Assembly (NCBI GenBank): GCA_963804995.1
Contig: CAWDSK010000006.1
Span: 192,001-256,000 of the forward strand
Length of the DNA stretch: 64,000 bases
Reading direction: 5' to 3'
Source: an uncultured Acidobacteriota bacterium
Lineage (GTDB): Bacteria > Acidobacteriota > Terriglobia > UBA7540
The notes beneath the pieces are model-generated. The model had not been told where the DNA came from and searched no databases. It was given only the letters and a program-made list of their open reading frames with translations. A program made the position numbers and the translations under genes. Shown here one piece after another: positions 51,624-61,924 of the stretch (positions within the stretch are counted from its first letter, which is position 1; every line of letters starts with the position of its first letter).

Positions 51624-52373
51624 ATGCTCATCGTCATCCCGATCACATCCCACCAGACGCCCAGGTTATCGAGGAGCCTTCTGCGATTCGCGCTGGCTCT
51701 ATTCCTGATGGCGTCTCCGTTATTCGGCCAACAGAGTTATGTTTCGCGCTATAACGTCTATGCAGGCTACACCTTCCTCAACAGCCCTCGCGTGGGCCTC
51801 TTTGAAAACGGTTTTCATACTCAAATCGGCGTCAATCCGAAGACCTGGTACGCGCTGGGTTTCGATTACAGCGTGTCGGAAGGTAATTTAACGCTTACGC
51901 CGGACCAGCTTACCACCGCCTTGCAGCAGCAACTGGGCGCGGAGCTCATGCAACTGGCCCAGGCCGGACTACTTCCCGCGGGCTACAACCTGGCCATAGC
52001 CACGCATTCCGTTACTCAAACTGTCGCCGGTGGGCCGCAGTTGTCCTATCGGCACTTCGCCAAACTAACGCTCTTTGTGCGGCCTTCCATCGGAGGGATT
52101 CATGAGGTTGCCACCCCGAATCCCCCGGCCACAGATCCCATCGCCAAAGCCATCGTCGCGCAATTAGCCCCCACCGGTAAGAAGACAGACTGGACGCCCT
52201 TCTATGGATTCGGCGGCGGCGGCGACATTATTATTTCCAAGCATTTCGCCCTTCGCGTGCAGGCCGATCTCGTCTACAACCATCTCTTCAACGATCTGCT
52301 GAAGGACGGCCGGCTTACCACCCGGTTCTCCGTGGGCCCCTGCTTCAGCTTTGGCAAGAACATTAAGAAGTGA
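51624..52373 (+). CDS. Putative outer-membrane beta-barrel protein
   Basis: Signal peptide; amphipathic strands (VYAGYTF, YGFGGGGD, RVQADL, RFSVGPCFSFG). Confidence 0.65.
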   Translation: MLIVIPITSHQTPRLSRSLLRFALALFLMASPLFGQQSYVSRYNVYAGYTFLNSPRVGLFENGFHTQIGVNPKTWYALGFDYSVSEGNLTLTPDQLTTALQQQLGAELMQLAQAGLLPAGYNLAIATHSVTQTVAGGPQLSYRHFAKLTLFVRPSIGGIHEVATPNPPATDPIAKAIVAQLAPTGKKTDWTPFYGFGGGGDIIISKHFALRVQADLVYNHLFNDLLKDGRLTTRFSVGPCFSFGKNIKK

Positions 52374-52426
52374 AAAAGGCGCACCCGTCGGGACAAGCGA
52401 GCGTAACGCCCCGATGCATCGGGGCG

Positions 52427-52621
52427 GTTCTTCGTGCGCCATCTGGGCGAATGGGGCCACCCGCATGTTGGGGGTTTGCGGATTTTTCAAACCAAGAACC
52501 GCGGACCCCAAAAGCGGGGGACCGCGCTACACTTGATGCTAACCATGCCGAGGGAGCAAAAGTCGTAGCGCAGACCTCCGCCCTTGAGGTCTGCCGTTCT
52601 TCGTGCGCCATCTGAGCGAAT
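52427..52621. repeat. Cluster of GTAGCGC-type REP hairpins with a 26-bp direct repeat
   Basis: REPs at 52495-52531 (-) and 52565-52602 (+); GTTCTTCGTGCGCCATCTGRGCGAAT occurs twice. Confidence 0.7.
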
Positions 52622-52702
52622 ATAGCGGGGCGAAGAACCAAGCGTAACTTTGAACCCTTCGACCCATTCCCGCAAACGCGGGGAATTAAAAGGACAGCTC
52701 TC

Positions 52703-54195
52703 ATGAAAACTTGCGCTCTTGAACCTCTTCGATATCTCAGTCAGGAAGAGATGGACGCGATCCACCAGGCCGCGCTGCGGATTCTCGAACGCACCGGAAT
52801 GTGGATCGATCATGTCCAGGCCTTGGAATACCTTCGGGCCGCAGGCTGCCGGGTCGATATGGACCGGCGGATCGTGAAGTTCCCCCCCAGGAGGTAGAAG
52901 CCGCCGTCGCCCGCATGCGCCACAACTTCCAGGACCCCGACCGTTGGCCCAAACGCCAGTCGATCCGCTATTCCCAGGTGCGCTTCGACGCCCAACCGCT
53001 CCGGATTCACGAGGACTTCGCCGTGAGCACAGGCGGATTCTGCGTTTACATCTGGGACCTGGACGGCCAACGGCGCTACGCCACGCTCCAGGACGTTCGC
53101 GAATCTTTGCAACTAGCCGACCAACTGGATCAGATTGCCTACACGGGGCTTCCCTGCGCCGCGCAAGACGTTCCCGTGGAGATTCGTCCCGTAATGATGG
53201 CGGCTGAACTGGTGAAGGCCACCCGGAAGTATGGAGGGATTGAGACCTTCCAGCGCAAAGACGTGGGGTATATCACCCGTATCGGCGAGATCGTCGCAGG
53301 CAGTCGCGAGGCGCATCGGCGTAATCCCATCCTGGTGGGCTACGCTGAGGCCCGGTCGCCCTTGTGCATCGACGCGGTCATGGCGGACGTGATGCTGGCG
53401 CATCTGGAACTCGGCCTGCCCCAGAGCCTCGATACCATGCCTACCGGCGGGCTCACGGCGCCCATGAGCGCGGCGGGTGTGCTGGCGCTCGGCATGGCGG
53501 AAACTCTAGCTGGCCTGGTGTTGGGGTACGCCGTCGATCCTGACGCCACCCTGACGCTTGACGTGACCCCCGGTTACTGCGACGTGCGCGCCATGCAGTA
53601 CAGTTGCGCGGGGGGAGAGCGCATGCCGCTCCTCGCGGCGCGCGTGCAGATTATCTCCGAGTATTACGGTTGTCCGTCCGGTGTGCACGCAGGATATTCC
53701 AACGCGTGCGTGCCGGGCATTCAGGCGGCGATCGAGAAGTCGATTTCCATGTATGTGGCGGTCATGGCGGGTGCGATCGGGTTCGGAACCGTGGGTAAAC
53801 TGGAGAATATGCTCACTTTCTCACCGTTGCAACTCGCCATCGACAACGAGATGGCCCGCTATGTGCGCCACTCCATCCAGGGTATTCAGGTTAACGAGGA
53901 AACACTGGCTCTCGATGTCATCGAGGAGTTGGGGCACGGTGGCCATGCCTATGACCACCCACACACCGTCCAGAATTTCCGCAAGCTGCAACTGCTCTCC
54001 CCCTACTTTGACCTTTGTGGTTGGGGGATGGGCGACAGCCTGGACCCGGAACGGTTCGAGAAGCGCGCCGCCGCGCGGGTGCGGCAGGCGATGGCCGCGG
54101 AACGTGCCCCCGTGTTAACGGCCGATCAGGAAGCGGCCATTGATGAAGTGGTGAAGGAGGCGGCGAGGGATTATAAGGTGCAAATCCCGGCCTAA
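52703..54195 (+). pseudogene. mttB: Trimethylamine methyltransferase (MttB) family gene, frameshifted at a C7 tract
   Basis: LSQEEMDAIHQAALRILERTG N-terminus in one frame, remainder in another; one extra C at 52882-52888 restores a 497-aa ORF. Confidence 0.8.
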
Positions 54196-54274
54196 GTGTG
54201 GGGTCAGTTCGGGGCATAATATTCTTGCCCAAAGGGACGCGGCGTGCTCTGGGGGCTCTCACTCGGCAATGGCG

Positions 54275-54318
54275 TTGACAAACCCAGGGTAGTTGCCATA
54301 TGCTTAGGCATATGCCAA
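54275..54318 (+). promoter_or_regulatory. vapBC promoter with palindromic operator
   Basis: TTGACA-N18-TATGCT; CATATGC-TTAG-GCATATG palindrome overlapping the -10 and start codon. Confidence 0.6.
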
Positions 54319-54563
54319 AGAGAACTGCGCCCGTGGCGGAACGGCACGTCCGGGTTTTTAAGAACGGACGGAATCAGGCGGTGCGGATACCCCGTGAGTT
54401 CGCCCTGCCGGGCCAGGATGCCATCATACGCAAAGAAGGCAGCCGCCTTATTATTGAGCCTGCTCCCCCGAAGTCGCTGCTGGCGCTGCTGGCGACTCTC
54501 CAGCCGCTCAGCGAAGATTTTCCGCCCATCCGCGACCTGCCTCCCGATCCGGTCGATCTCTGA
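54312..54563 (+). CDS. vapB: VapB antitoxin (AbrB/MazE-type)
   Basis: VFKNGRNQAVRIPREF motif. Confidence 0.9.
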   Translation: MPKRTAPVAERHVRVFKNGRNQAVRIPREFALPGQDAIIRKEGSRLIIEPAPPKSLLALLATLQPLSEDFPPIRDLPPDPVDL

Positions 54564-54961
54564 TGCGCTACCTGCTCGACACGAACGTCGTTTCCGATCT
54601 CGTCCGCAATCCTCAGGGAAAAGTAGCCCAGCGCATCCGCAAGGTGGGCGAAGCGCGAGTTTCGACCAGTATCATTGTGGCCGCGGAATTGCGTTACGGA
54701 GCCGCAGAGAAAGGTTCCGCGCGGCTCCTGGAGCAGCTTGAAGCGGTGCTCAGCGTCCTTGACGTTCTGCCCTTTGAGCCCCCGGCAGACGCCATCTATG
54801 CATCCTTACGCACCGGTCTGGAGGAGGTGGGTACGCCCATTGGCGCCCATGACATGCTGATCGCGGCTCACGCGCTGGCGCTTGGTTGTGCGATCGTGAC
54901 CGACAACGAAAAGGAATTCGCCCGCGTTCGCGACCTGGCGCGTGAGAATTGGCTGCGCTAG
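54563..54961 (+). CDS. vapC: VapC PIN-domain toxin
   Basis: YLLDTNVVS, AELRYG, HDMLIAAHAL and VTDNEKEF; TGATG coupling. Confidence 0.92.
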   Translation: MRYLLDTNVVSDLVRNPQGKVAQRIRKVGEARVSTSIIVAAELRYGAAEKGSARLLEQLEAVLSVLDVLPFEPPADAIYASLRTGLEEVGTPIGAHDMLIAAHALALGCAIVTDNEKEFARVRDLARENWLR

Positions 54962-54982
54962 CCGTCCCCCGTTTTTCTCCCT

Positions 54983-55185
54983 CTACGGTGCGTCCCCTGC
55001 CGTCCACGGGTTGATGACGGGAACGCCGGCAGCATTAAACGGCGCTTCGTTGCGGGTCGCCACGCTGAACCGGCGAGCTGCGGCTATCGCGGCGATTTGG
55101 GCATCGGCCACGCTGATGGTATAGCCATGGCGGCGGGCACGGACGACGACTTTCGCATAGGCCCCTGCGGCGGCGAGATCGAAGC
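54983..55185 (-). pseudogene. C-terminal half of a second VapC/PIN toxin
   Basis: FDLAAAGAYAKV...ISVADAQIAAIAAARRFSVATRNEAPFNAAGVPVINPW*; 5' half replaced by a REP at 55187. Confidence 0.8.
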
Positions 55186-55461
55186 GGGGTAGCGCAGACG
55201 TAGCCGCCGTTTGGCTTCGTCTGCGGCTTTTTTCTTGGGCATTAACCGATACACGAGAACGTTGTTGGCACCTTAAGAACCGCGGAGGAAGCTGAACTAC
55301 GCTACCTTCGCGCTACCCGCTGGCCAAAAAGTTGGATGTATCCATAAGCGAGGCCATCGACCTTCTGAAGGAACGTGGCATCGAGGCGCCGATAGGTTTT
55401 GATGATTACCTGAAAGGATTTGAGGTTTTTGATCAGGTAAAATGAGCTACAATGCAGAGTT

Positions 55462-55692
55462 ATGAATAGCCAACGACTCCAGCGCATTACGGTGGAAGAA
55501 GGTAAATGCGGAGGCCGTCCCTGCATTCGCGGATTCCGAATCCGAGTGACGGATATTCTGGAATTGCTGGCTGCCGAAGCTTCCTTTGAAGAAATTCTTG
55601 CCGACTACCCTTTTCTTGAGAAGGAAGATATTCTTGCCGCCATCGAATACGCCGCCCGACAGGCCGATCATCCGGTTTTACAATCCTCGTGA
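55462..55692 (+). CDS. DUF433 antitoxin
   Basis: CGGRPCIRGFRIRV...ILADYPFLEKEDI. Confidence 0.88.
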   Translation: MNSQRLQRITVEEGKCGGRPCIRGFRIRVTDILELLAAEASFEEILADYPFLEKEDILAAIEYAARQADHPVLQSS

Positions 55693-56018
55693 AATTCCTC
55701 ATTGATAACCAACTGCCGGTTGCCCTTTGCCATTTCATAAATGCAAAGGGCTCCGACTGTCAGCATGTGCTTGAGGTCGGGATGGCCAGGGCGCAGGACC
55801 TTTTGATTTGGCAACAGGCGATTGAGACGGATCGGGTTATCGTAAGTAAGGATGAAGATTTTTTCTTTCTGGCCAGCCTTCCCGGAAGTAAAGGGAGATT
55901 GGTTTGGGTTCGGCTCGGAAACTGCCGGAAATCGATCCTGCTGCGGGAATTTGAGCGCCGTTGGCCTCATGTCATAGCATCGTTGGAAGCCGGCGAGCGG
56001 GTGGTCGAAATCAGATAA
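55689..56018 (+). CDS. DUF5615 PIN-like toxin
   Basis: FLIDNQLP, IVSKDEDF and VWVRLGNC; GTGA overlap with the antitoxin. Confidence 0.87.
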   Translation: MKFLIDNQLPVALCHFINAKGSDCQHVLEVGMARAQDLLIWQQAIETDRVIVSKDEDFFFLASLPGSKGRLVWVRLGNCRKSILLREFERRWPHVIASLEAGERVVEIR

Positions 56019-56222
56019 AAGGGTTTGGGAATTCGGACGAATTCGGGGACCATACCGGATTGCGCGATGGAGAATGGTCTACCGCGACCCCATGTTCCTC
56101 TGACCAGCTTGGCATGCCGGTTTCGGAATAAGAATCAGGTAAACGTGGTGAACGTCCCCAGTTTCCTAATACAAGTGGTGCAAAGCGCGGGCGCGGTGGA
56201 AGGCGCGAGCCAACAACCTGAA

Positions 56223-56662
56223 GGGTAGCGCGGACCGCCGGGGTTGCGGTCCGCGGTTTTTCCTCCATCAACTTTGTACGCCGAGCAGGGTAGCGCAAAG
56301 GTGCGCGTATTCTGCGCTCCTTTGCGGCCGTTCCCCAATTCCCTGCGGGTTCCTGCGGGCGTGCCCTGGTGGTGATTGGCATTTCCGTTTGAAGAGCCGC
56401 GGAGGAGCGCTGAAGGGCGCGCACCTCCTCGCTACCTGCTCCTCGCTACCTGCTGATACCGCCGACGAACCCTCAATTCCACGAGAACGAAAGGAAATCA
56501 GCGAGGTAGCGCAGACTTTGTGCCGTTCAAAGTCTGCGGTTCTTAATGTGGTAAACGTCCACTTTTTGTGAACATGCGGCTACGGCGATCAAAGCCCAGA
56601 ACCGCGGGTCGTGGCAGGAGGAAAGCCGCAGACTCTCTGAGATGCGAGAGTCTGCGCTACCC
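56223..56662. repeat. Cluster of GTAGCGC-type REP hairpins
   Basis: Units at ~56223, ~56288 and ~56505 (+) and ~56623-56662 (-); consensus GGTAGCGCAGAC-loop-GTCTGCGGTT. Confidence 0.75.
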
Positions 56663-56908
56663 TGCTGAAGGCGGTGGCGGCCATGCCGGACAACGAGACC
56701 CGGGACTGGCGCGGGAAGATGCTCGCGAAAGGACACGATGAAACGGAGTGAAATACCGTTTTTCTCCCCAAAGATGAATGTTAAGAACCGGCGGAGCAGT
56801 GCCGTCACGGTTCGTGCGGTTTCCCCAGCCAGTGCCATAATCCATCAAAAACTTTGGCAAAAGTTGGAAGAGCTCCGAGGCGATGGAGAGCGTCCCCCTG
56901 AAATCCCC

Positions 56909-56937
56909 TTGACGTCACATATCTTTTTTGGTATACT
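56909..56937 (+). promoter_or_regulatory. sigma70 promoter for a leaderless toxin-antitoxin mRNA
   Basis: TTGACG-N17-TATACT ending 5 nt before ATG 56943. Confidence 0.7.
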
Positions 56938-56942
56938 TCGAT

Positions 56943-57267
56943 ATGGCCTGGACGGTTGAAACTCTGAACGCGGTGGTGGATGCCGAGATCGACGCGTTGC
57001 CCGAGGACATGCGCGCCCGGCTTGTCCGGATCTCGCTGCTCATCGAGCAACAGGGGCTGGATTCGGGTCGGTGCTCCGCACGTCAAGCACTTGGAAGGTC
57101 CGCTCTGGGAAATCCGACTGAAGGGCCGCAGCGGCGTCTCGCGCGCCCTGTATGTAACGGCAATAGGCCAGCGCGTGGTGATCTTCCGGGTCTTCGTGAA
57201 GAAGACCGGGAAGGCCCCACGGCACGAGATCGAGCTGGCGTTGAGCCGGGCGCGAGAGGTTCGATGA
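56943..57267 (+). pseudogene. RelE/HigB-type toxin with +1 frameshift
   Basis: MAWTVETLN...QQGLD then VGAPHVKHLEGPLWEIRLKG...FVKKT in the next frame; extra T at 57062-57063. Confidence 0.8.
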
Positions 57268-57279
57268 TGGAGGTGGAAC

Positions 57280-57591
57280 ATGGCACGGGTAGCTGAGCTG
57301 CATAAGAAGTGGATGAAGCAGCCGAAGTACCGCAAGGCGTACGAAGCTCTGGAAGAAGAGTTCGTGCTGGCGTCCGCTGTGATCGACGCGCGGAACCGCG
57401 CCGGACTAACGCAGAAGGGGCTGGCGAAGAAGATGGGGACCACTCAGCCCGTTGTCGCCCGGCTGGAAAGCGGGCGCGTACGTCCGTCGCTGCGCACCCT
57501 CGAAAGGCTCGCCCGGGCAACCAGTTCGCGTCTGCGGATTCGCTTCGAGCCTCAACGAGAAGGTAAACTCCATGCGCAAGCTGTCAAATGA
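57280..57591 (+). CDS. HigA-like XRE antitoxin
   Basis: YEALEEEF...ARNRAGLTQKGLAKKMGTTQPVVARLESG; GGAGG RBS. Confidence 0.88.
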   Translation: MARVAELHKKWMKQPKYRKAYEALEEEFVLASAVIDARNRAGLTQKGLAKKMGTTQPVVARLESGRVRPSLRTLERLARATSSRLRIRFEPQREGKLHAQAVK

Positions 57592-57750
57592 TCCGAACAC
57601 AGAGGCCACGTCCGGATCGAGCACGACCGCCAGGGTGCCATCCTTCAGCAAGGGTGCAAACCGGTTGGGGCGCGCCCGGCGGTAGTCAAAACGGTATTCC
57701 CGGCGCATCTCCTGGCGCTTCGTTCGGCTACTGGAAAATGTTTTCTTCAT
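57585..57750 (-). pseudogene. BrnA/CopG-like small antitoxin, apparently 3'-truncated
   Basis: MKK...EMRREYRFDYRRARPNRFA...VVLDPDVASVF, then reads into the antisense of higA; no partner toxin. Confidence 0.55.
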
Positions 57751-57917
57751 AGTCCTTACGCTCCCTTGCGGTTGCGGTCCCCCCTCGGTTGCCGCGGCGA
57801 CAGAGGGGCCGGGGGTGAGGGGGTTGTGGGATTCGGCGGAAAGGCACCGCTTGCCGGGACTTTTGACTTTTGCCCTTTGCCTTTTGACTTGCTTTTGCGC
57901 TTCCGCCGCGCTGTGCT

Positions 57918-58169
57918 TCAACGCCCCCCGACCAGCAGGCGCGCCATCGCCACCAGGAGCACGGCGCCTACCGTCGCGGCGGCCAGGCTTCCAATAAATC
58001 CGAAAGCGTGGATGCCGGCGGCCCCGAAAACCCAGCCTCCAATCACTCCGCCAATCAACCCCAGAAACAAGTCGCCAATCAGGCCAAAGCCCCTCCCGCG
58101 CGTGATCTTGCCGCAGAGCCAGCCGGCGATCAGCCCGATAAAGACCCAACCCCAAAAACTGTGTTGCAT
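57918..58169 (-). CDS. GlsB/YeaQ/YmgE-family (transglycosylase-associated) membrane protein
   Basis: IGLIAGWL...GFGLIGDLFLGLIGGVIGGWVF...ATVGAVLL. Confidence 0.88.
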   Translation of the reverse strand: MQHSFWGWVFIGLIAGWLCGKITRGRGFGLIGDLFLGLIGGVIGGWVFGAAGIHAFGFIGSLAAATVGAVLLVAMARLLVGGR

Positions 58170-58719
58170 CGATTGCCCTCCCTATCAGTAAGGCGCGCTA
58201 GGCGGCACCTGAAGTTCCGCTTCTTCAATCCCTCGCCGGCCCCGCTTGTTCAGGCAAGGAACCACACGCTACCAGCAATTGTAACGTAGCGCCGCGGGGC
58301 CGCAACCAAAATGAAACTCTCCGTGTCCTCCGTGCCACGGGCAGCCTGCTCCGCGGCGACGAGGGGTGAGGAGGTCGGGCCCGGCATCGCGTGCACCCCT
58401 TCTCGGTTGTAGCAGATAAGCGACAATGTGTCATGGTGGGACATGTCCCAGAAGTTGCTCTCCGCGGGGCATAGCGGGCGAGGTCCCACTAACTTCCCCA
58501 CCTTGCTACCTTTTCCTCATCTCACTTTTGACTTGCGGATCCGTCATGCCACAATCCGTCATGATGCCGCCCTATCCACTCGCGGCCAATCGCTGCTATT
58601 CTAGTAGTCACGCCTCAAGTGTCGGGGGAAGCGGGAACGGTTCCCGATCGAATCGAGACAGGTCGCGAATTCCTCATCACTACCGGCTGCAACTCAGCAC
58701 TACATCAAGGGGGATCAGG

Positions 58720-60555
58720 TTGAACTCATCTATCCGTAACGTCGCCATCATCGCGCATGTGGACCACGGCAAGACCACGCTGGTTGACGCCATGCTGCGG
58801 CAGAGTGGCATCTTCCGCAAAGGCGAACCCGTGGTAGAGCGCGTCATGGACTCGAATGAACTCGAGCGCGAGCGTGGCATCACCATCCTGGCCAAGAACA
58901 CGGCCGTCACCTATCACGGCACGCGCATCAACATTGTCGACACACCCGGCCACAGCGACTTCGGTGGCGAGGTGGAGCGCGCTCTGAAGCTCGTTGATGG
59001 CGTGCTGCTGCTCGTCGATGCCAGCGAAGGTCCGCTGCCTCAAACGCGCTACGTGCTGCGCAAGGCGCTGGAAGCGAAACTGCCTCCCATCGTGGTCATC
59101 AACAAGATCGACCGCAATGACGCGCGGCCGCAGGAAGTGGTGAACGAGGTCTACGACCTGTTCATCGACCTGGACGCCACGGAAGAACAGCTCGACTTCC
59201 CCATCCTGTATTGCATCTCGAAGAACGGCATTGCCAGCGAGACGCTCAACGGCGCATCGACCAACCTCCAGCCACTCTTCGAAACCATTCTCAAGGCGAT
59301 TCCTGCGCCTGCGGGTGAAGCGGACGCTCCGCTGCAACTTCTGGTGGCCAACCTGGACTACAGCGAGTACCACGGCCGCCTGGCGCTTGGCCGCATCTTT
59401 TCCGGCACGCTGCACCGCGGCGATGAAGTGGTCATTGCCAAACTGGACGGGAGCCTTCAGCAAACCCGCATCACCAAACTGTATGGTTTCGAAGGACTGG
59501 AGCGCACGGACCTTGAAATCGCCGAGGTGGGAAACATCGTCGCCATCGCCGGCGTCGAAGGCATCACCATCGGCGAGACCGTGACCAGCGTCGAATCCCC
59601 CGCCCCGCTGCCGCATATCCCCATCGACGAGCCCACGATTTCCATGGTCTTCACGGTGAACACCTCACCTTTCTCGGGCAAAGATGGCGATTACGTAACC
59701 TCGCGGCATCTGCGCGAGCGGCTCAACAAGGAACTGCTGACCAACGTTTCCATCCGCGTGGATGAGATGGATAGCCCCGACTCTTTCAAGGTAATGGGAA
59801 GAGGCGAGCTCCAGTTGGCGATCTTAATCGAGATGATGCGGCGCGAAGGCTATGAGCTGGCGGTGGGCAAGCCGGAAATCATCACTCGCACCGTGGACGG
59901 CAAGCTCCAGGAACCCTCCGAGCAGCTCATCGTCGATGTGCCCCAGGAGTTTGTGGGCGTGCTGATGCAGGAAATCGGCATCCGCAAGGGCATCAATCAC
60001 AAGATCGTGAGCCACGGCTCGGGGCGGGCGACGAGTGGCCGCGTGCGCCTGGAATTCTCCATCCCCTCGCGCGGACTCATCGGCCTGCGCGGCGAAATCC
60101 TGAAGGCCACACGCGGCACCGCCGTGATGAATACTCTCTTTGACGGCTACGTCGACTGGCAGGGCGACCTTCCGGGGCGACTGACCGGCTCACTCGTCGC
60201 CGATCGCGCCGGCCGCACCACCGCCTACGCGTTGTGGAACCTTCAGGAGCGCGGCGAACTGTTCGTGCAGCCTGGCCTGGAGGTGTACGAAGGCATGGTG
60301 GTCGGCCAGAACGCGCGCTGGGATGACATGGACGTGAATGTGGTCAAGGAAAAGAAGCAGACCAACATGCGCGCCTCCGTGGCCGATGAAGCCATTCGCC
60401 TCATCCCCTTCCGGCCGCTTACGCTCGAAGAATCCATCGAGTTCATCGCCGAAGATGAATACGTTGAGGTCACACCCAAGTCCATCCGCCTGCGCAAGAA
60501 GATCCTCGAATACAACAAGCGGCCAAAGAAACACAAGCACCCTATGGAAGGGTGA
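58720..60555 (+). CDS. typA: Translational GTPase TypA/BipA
   Basis: [40 protein letters not shown] and [11 protein letters not shown]; probable TTG start. Confidence 0.96.
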   Translation: MNSSIRNVAIIAHVDHGKTTLVDAMLRQSGIFRKGEPVVERVMDSNELERERGITILAKNTAVTYHGTRINIVDTPGHSDFGGEVERALKLVDGVLLLVDASEGPLPQTRYVLRKALEAKLPPIVVINKIDRNDARPQEVVNEVYDLFIDLDATEEQLDFPILYCISKNGIASETLNGASTNLQPLFETILKAIPAPAGEADAPLQLLVANLDYSEYHGRLALGRIFSGTLHRGDEVVIAKLDGSLQQTRITKLYGFEGLERTDLEIAEVGNIVAIAGVEGITIGETVTSVESPAPLPHIPIDEPTISMVFTVNTSPFSGKDGDYVTSRHLRERLNKELLTNVSIRVDEMDSPDSFKVMGRGELQLAILIEMMRREGYELAVGKPEIITRTVDGKLQEPSEQLIVDVPQEFVGVLMQEIGIRKGINHKIVSHGSGRATSGRVRLEFSIPSRGLIGLRGEILKATRGTAVMNTLFDGYVDWQGDLPGRLTGSLVADRAGRTTAYALWNLQERGELFVQPGLEVYEGMVVGQNARWDDMDVNVVKEKKQTNMRASVADEAIRLIPFRPLTLEESIEFIAEDEYVEVTPKSIRLRKKILEYNKRPKKHKHPMEG

Positions 60556-60655
60556 AGTTAGAAGTTAGGAGTTAGGAGTTAGGAGTTAGGGTTTGGGGAT
60601 TAAGTGAGATCTCTGACTCCGGAGCCGAAGACCAGGGCCTCGAATGAAATCCTCA

Positions 60656-61813
60656 CTAAGGTGCAACTTCCCGCACGCAACGCATCCCGCTGTCGACGTC
60701 CCCTTTATCGGGCCCAAACCTGCCGCGGTCGGAAACCCGCTGGCTGGCGGTAGTGTCCTTCCACGACCCGCCGCGCAGGCCTCGGACGTCCCCGGTGGCA
60801 GGTCCGGCAGGGTCAACCCCGGGGCTTTGCGCATAGTATTTCTCGTCAAACCAGTCACTGACCCACTCCCAGACGTTCCCCAAGGTATCAAATAATCCGT
60901 ATCCATTCGCGCGCTTCTGTGCCACATCATGAGGCCCGCCGTTGGCGTTCGTAGTGTACCAGGCCACCTCTTCTACGGGAGCGTAACGGGCGTCCGTGTT
61001 TCCGGCTCGCGCGAAGTATTCCCATTCGGCTTCGGTCGGCAACCGCCCACCGGCCCACTGGCAGTAAGCTTGCGCTTCGCTCCAGTTCACATTCACGATC
61101 GGCTGGGTGTCGTTGGTCCAGCCACTATTGTAAGTCGGCTCGGACGGCATCGCTTTGCCCGTCTGGCTGGCGAAGCGTTTGTACGCAGCGACGGTCACTT
61201 CCGTCTGACCGACCCAGAGGCCTTTGCTGATGGTGACCTGGTGGGTAGGCTTCTCGTTGTCGGAGCATTCTGTGTCGCCCGGCGAGCAACCCATCATGAA
61301 GCTGCCTGGGGGAATCCAAATGTAGTTGATTCCCTCTTTAGGATTTTGCCTCATCGATCCCAGTGTGGCCGGTTGGGCTCCGCCGGCTTTTCGCACCGCG
61401 GCCACCAGGATTTCTTCCGCACCCGCGACGCGGAGGGAATCGAGATAGGTCGCATCCGGCACGAAATCAAGACCATGCTGGGCCACAATCGCCGCGGCCC
61501 GCTGGCTGGGCACGTTTCCCACTACCAGGGCCAGCACCTGCCGGCGATTTAGAGGCTTGGGGTGCGCTGCTAACAGGGCATTGATGAGCACGTCTTTCGC
61601 CCCGGCGCTGCGCAACGACTGGAGATAATCCTGGCCTGGGTCAAAGTCAATCCCGCGCTGCTCGACTTTGGCCGCCAGCGTATCGCTGTCCATCCCAGCC
61701 GAGACCAGATCCATCACCTGGTCTTTGGTCAGAGGCCTTCCGGCTTCCTGTGGCGCGCCGGCCGCTGCCAACCCGGTGAGAAGTACAATTAACACGAATA
61801 ATCGGAGTTTCAT
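60656..61813 (-). CDS. FGE-sulfatase/SUMF1-fold secreted protein with two N-terminal helical modules
   Basis: GSFMMG, RLPTEAEWEY, GNVWEWVSDW, RGGSW and GMRC motifs; no catalytic FGE Cys pair. Confidence 0.85.
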   Translation of the reverse strand: MKLRLFVLIVLLTGLAAAGAPQEAGRPLTKDQVMDLVSAGMDSDTLAAKVEQRGIDFDPGQDYLQSLRSAGAKDVLINALLAAHPKPLNRRQVLALVVGNVPSQRAAAIVAQHGLDFVPDATYLDSLRVAGAEEILVAAVRKAGGAQPATLGSMRQNPKEGINYIWIPPGSFMMGCSPGDTECSDNEKPTHQVTISKGLWVGQTEVTVAAYKRFASQTGKAMPSEPTYNSGWTNDTQPIVNVNWSEAQAYCQWAGGRLPTEAEWEYFARAGNTDARYAPVEEVAWYTTNANGGPHDVAQKRANGYGLFDTLGNVWEWVSDWFDEKYYAQSPGVDPAGPATGDVRGLRGGSWKDTTASQRVSDRGRFGPDKGDVDSGMRCVREVAP

Positions 61814-61924
61814 GGGTAACCTGAAAACCTGAGTCTGCTTGCGTCGCACATTCTACACGATTCTTTGACTTTAAACCTTTAACTGCTTTGTAGCGGCGGT
61901 CTATGACCGCCGGAAACTGAGACA

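Noticed and set aside
52894..52897. Pyrrolysine read-through of the TAG in mttB
   Set aside because: The TAG results from the frameshift, lies far from the Pyl position, and the downstream homology is in another frame
54270..57750. Classical integron cassette array
   Set aside because: No IntI; spacer hairpins have GTAG-REP signatures rather than RYYYAAC...GTTRRRY attC ends; orientations are mixed
58426..58719. 98-aa N-terminal extension on TypA
   Set aside because: Low-complexity upstream read-through; homology starts at the TTG at 58720, which follows an AAGGGGG RBS-like sequence
60656..61813. Diversity-generating retroelement target (FGE/CLec fold)
   Set aside because: No template repeat differing at adenines and no reverse transcriptase seen in the window
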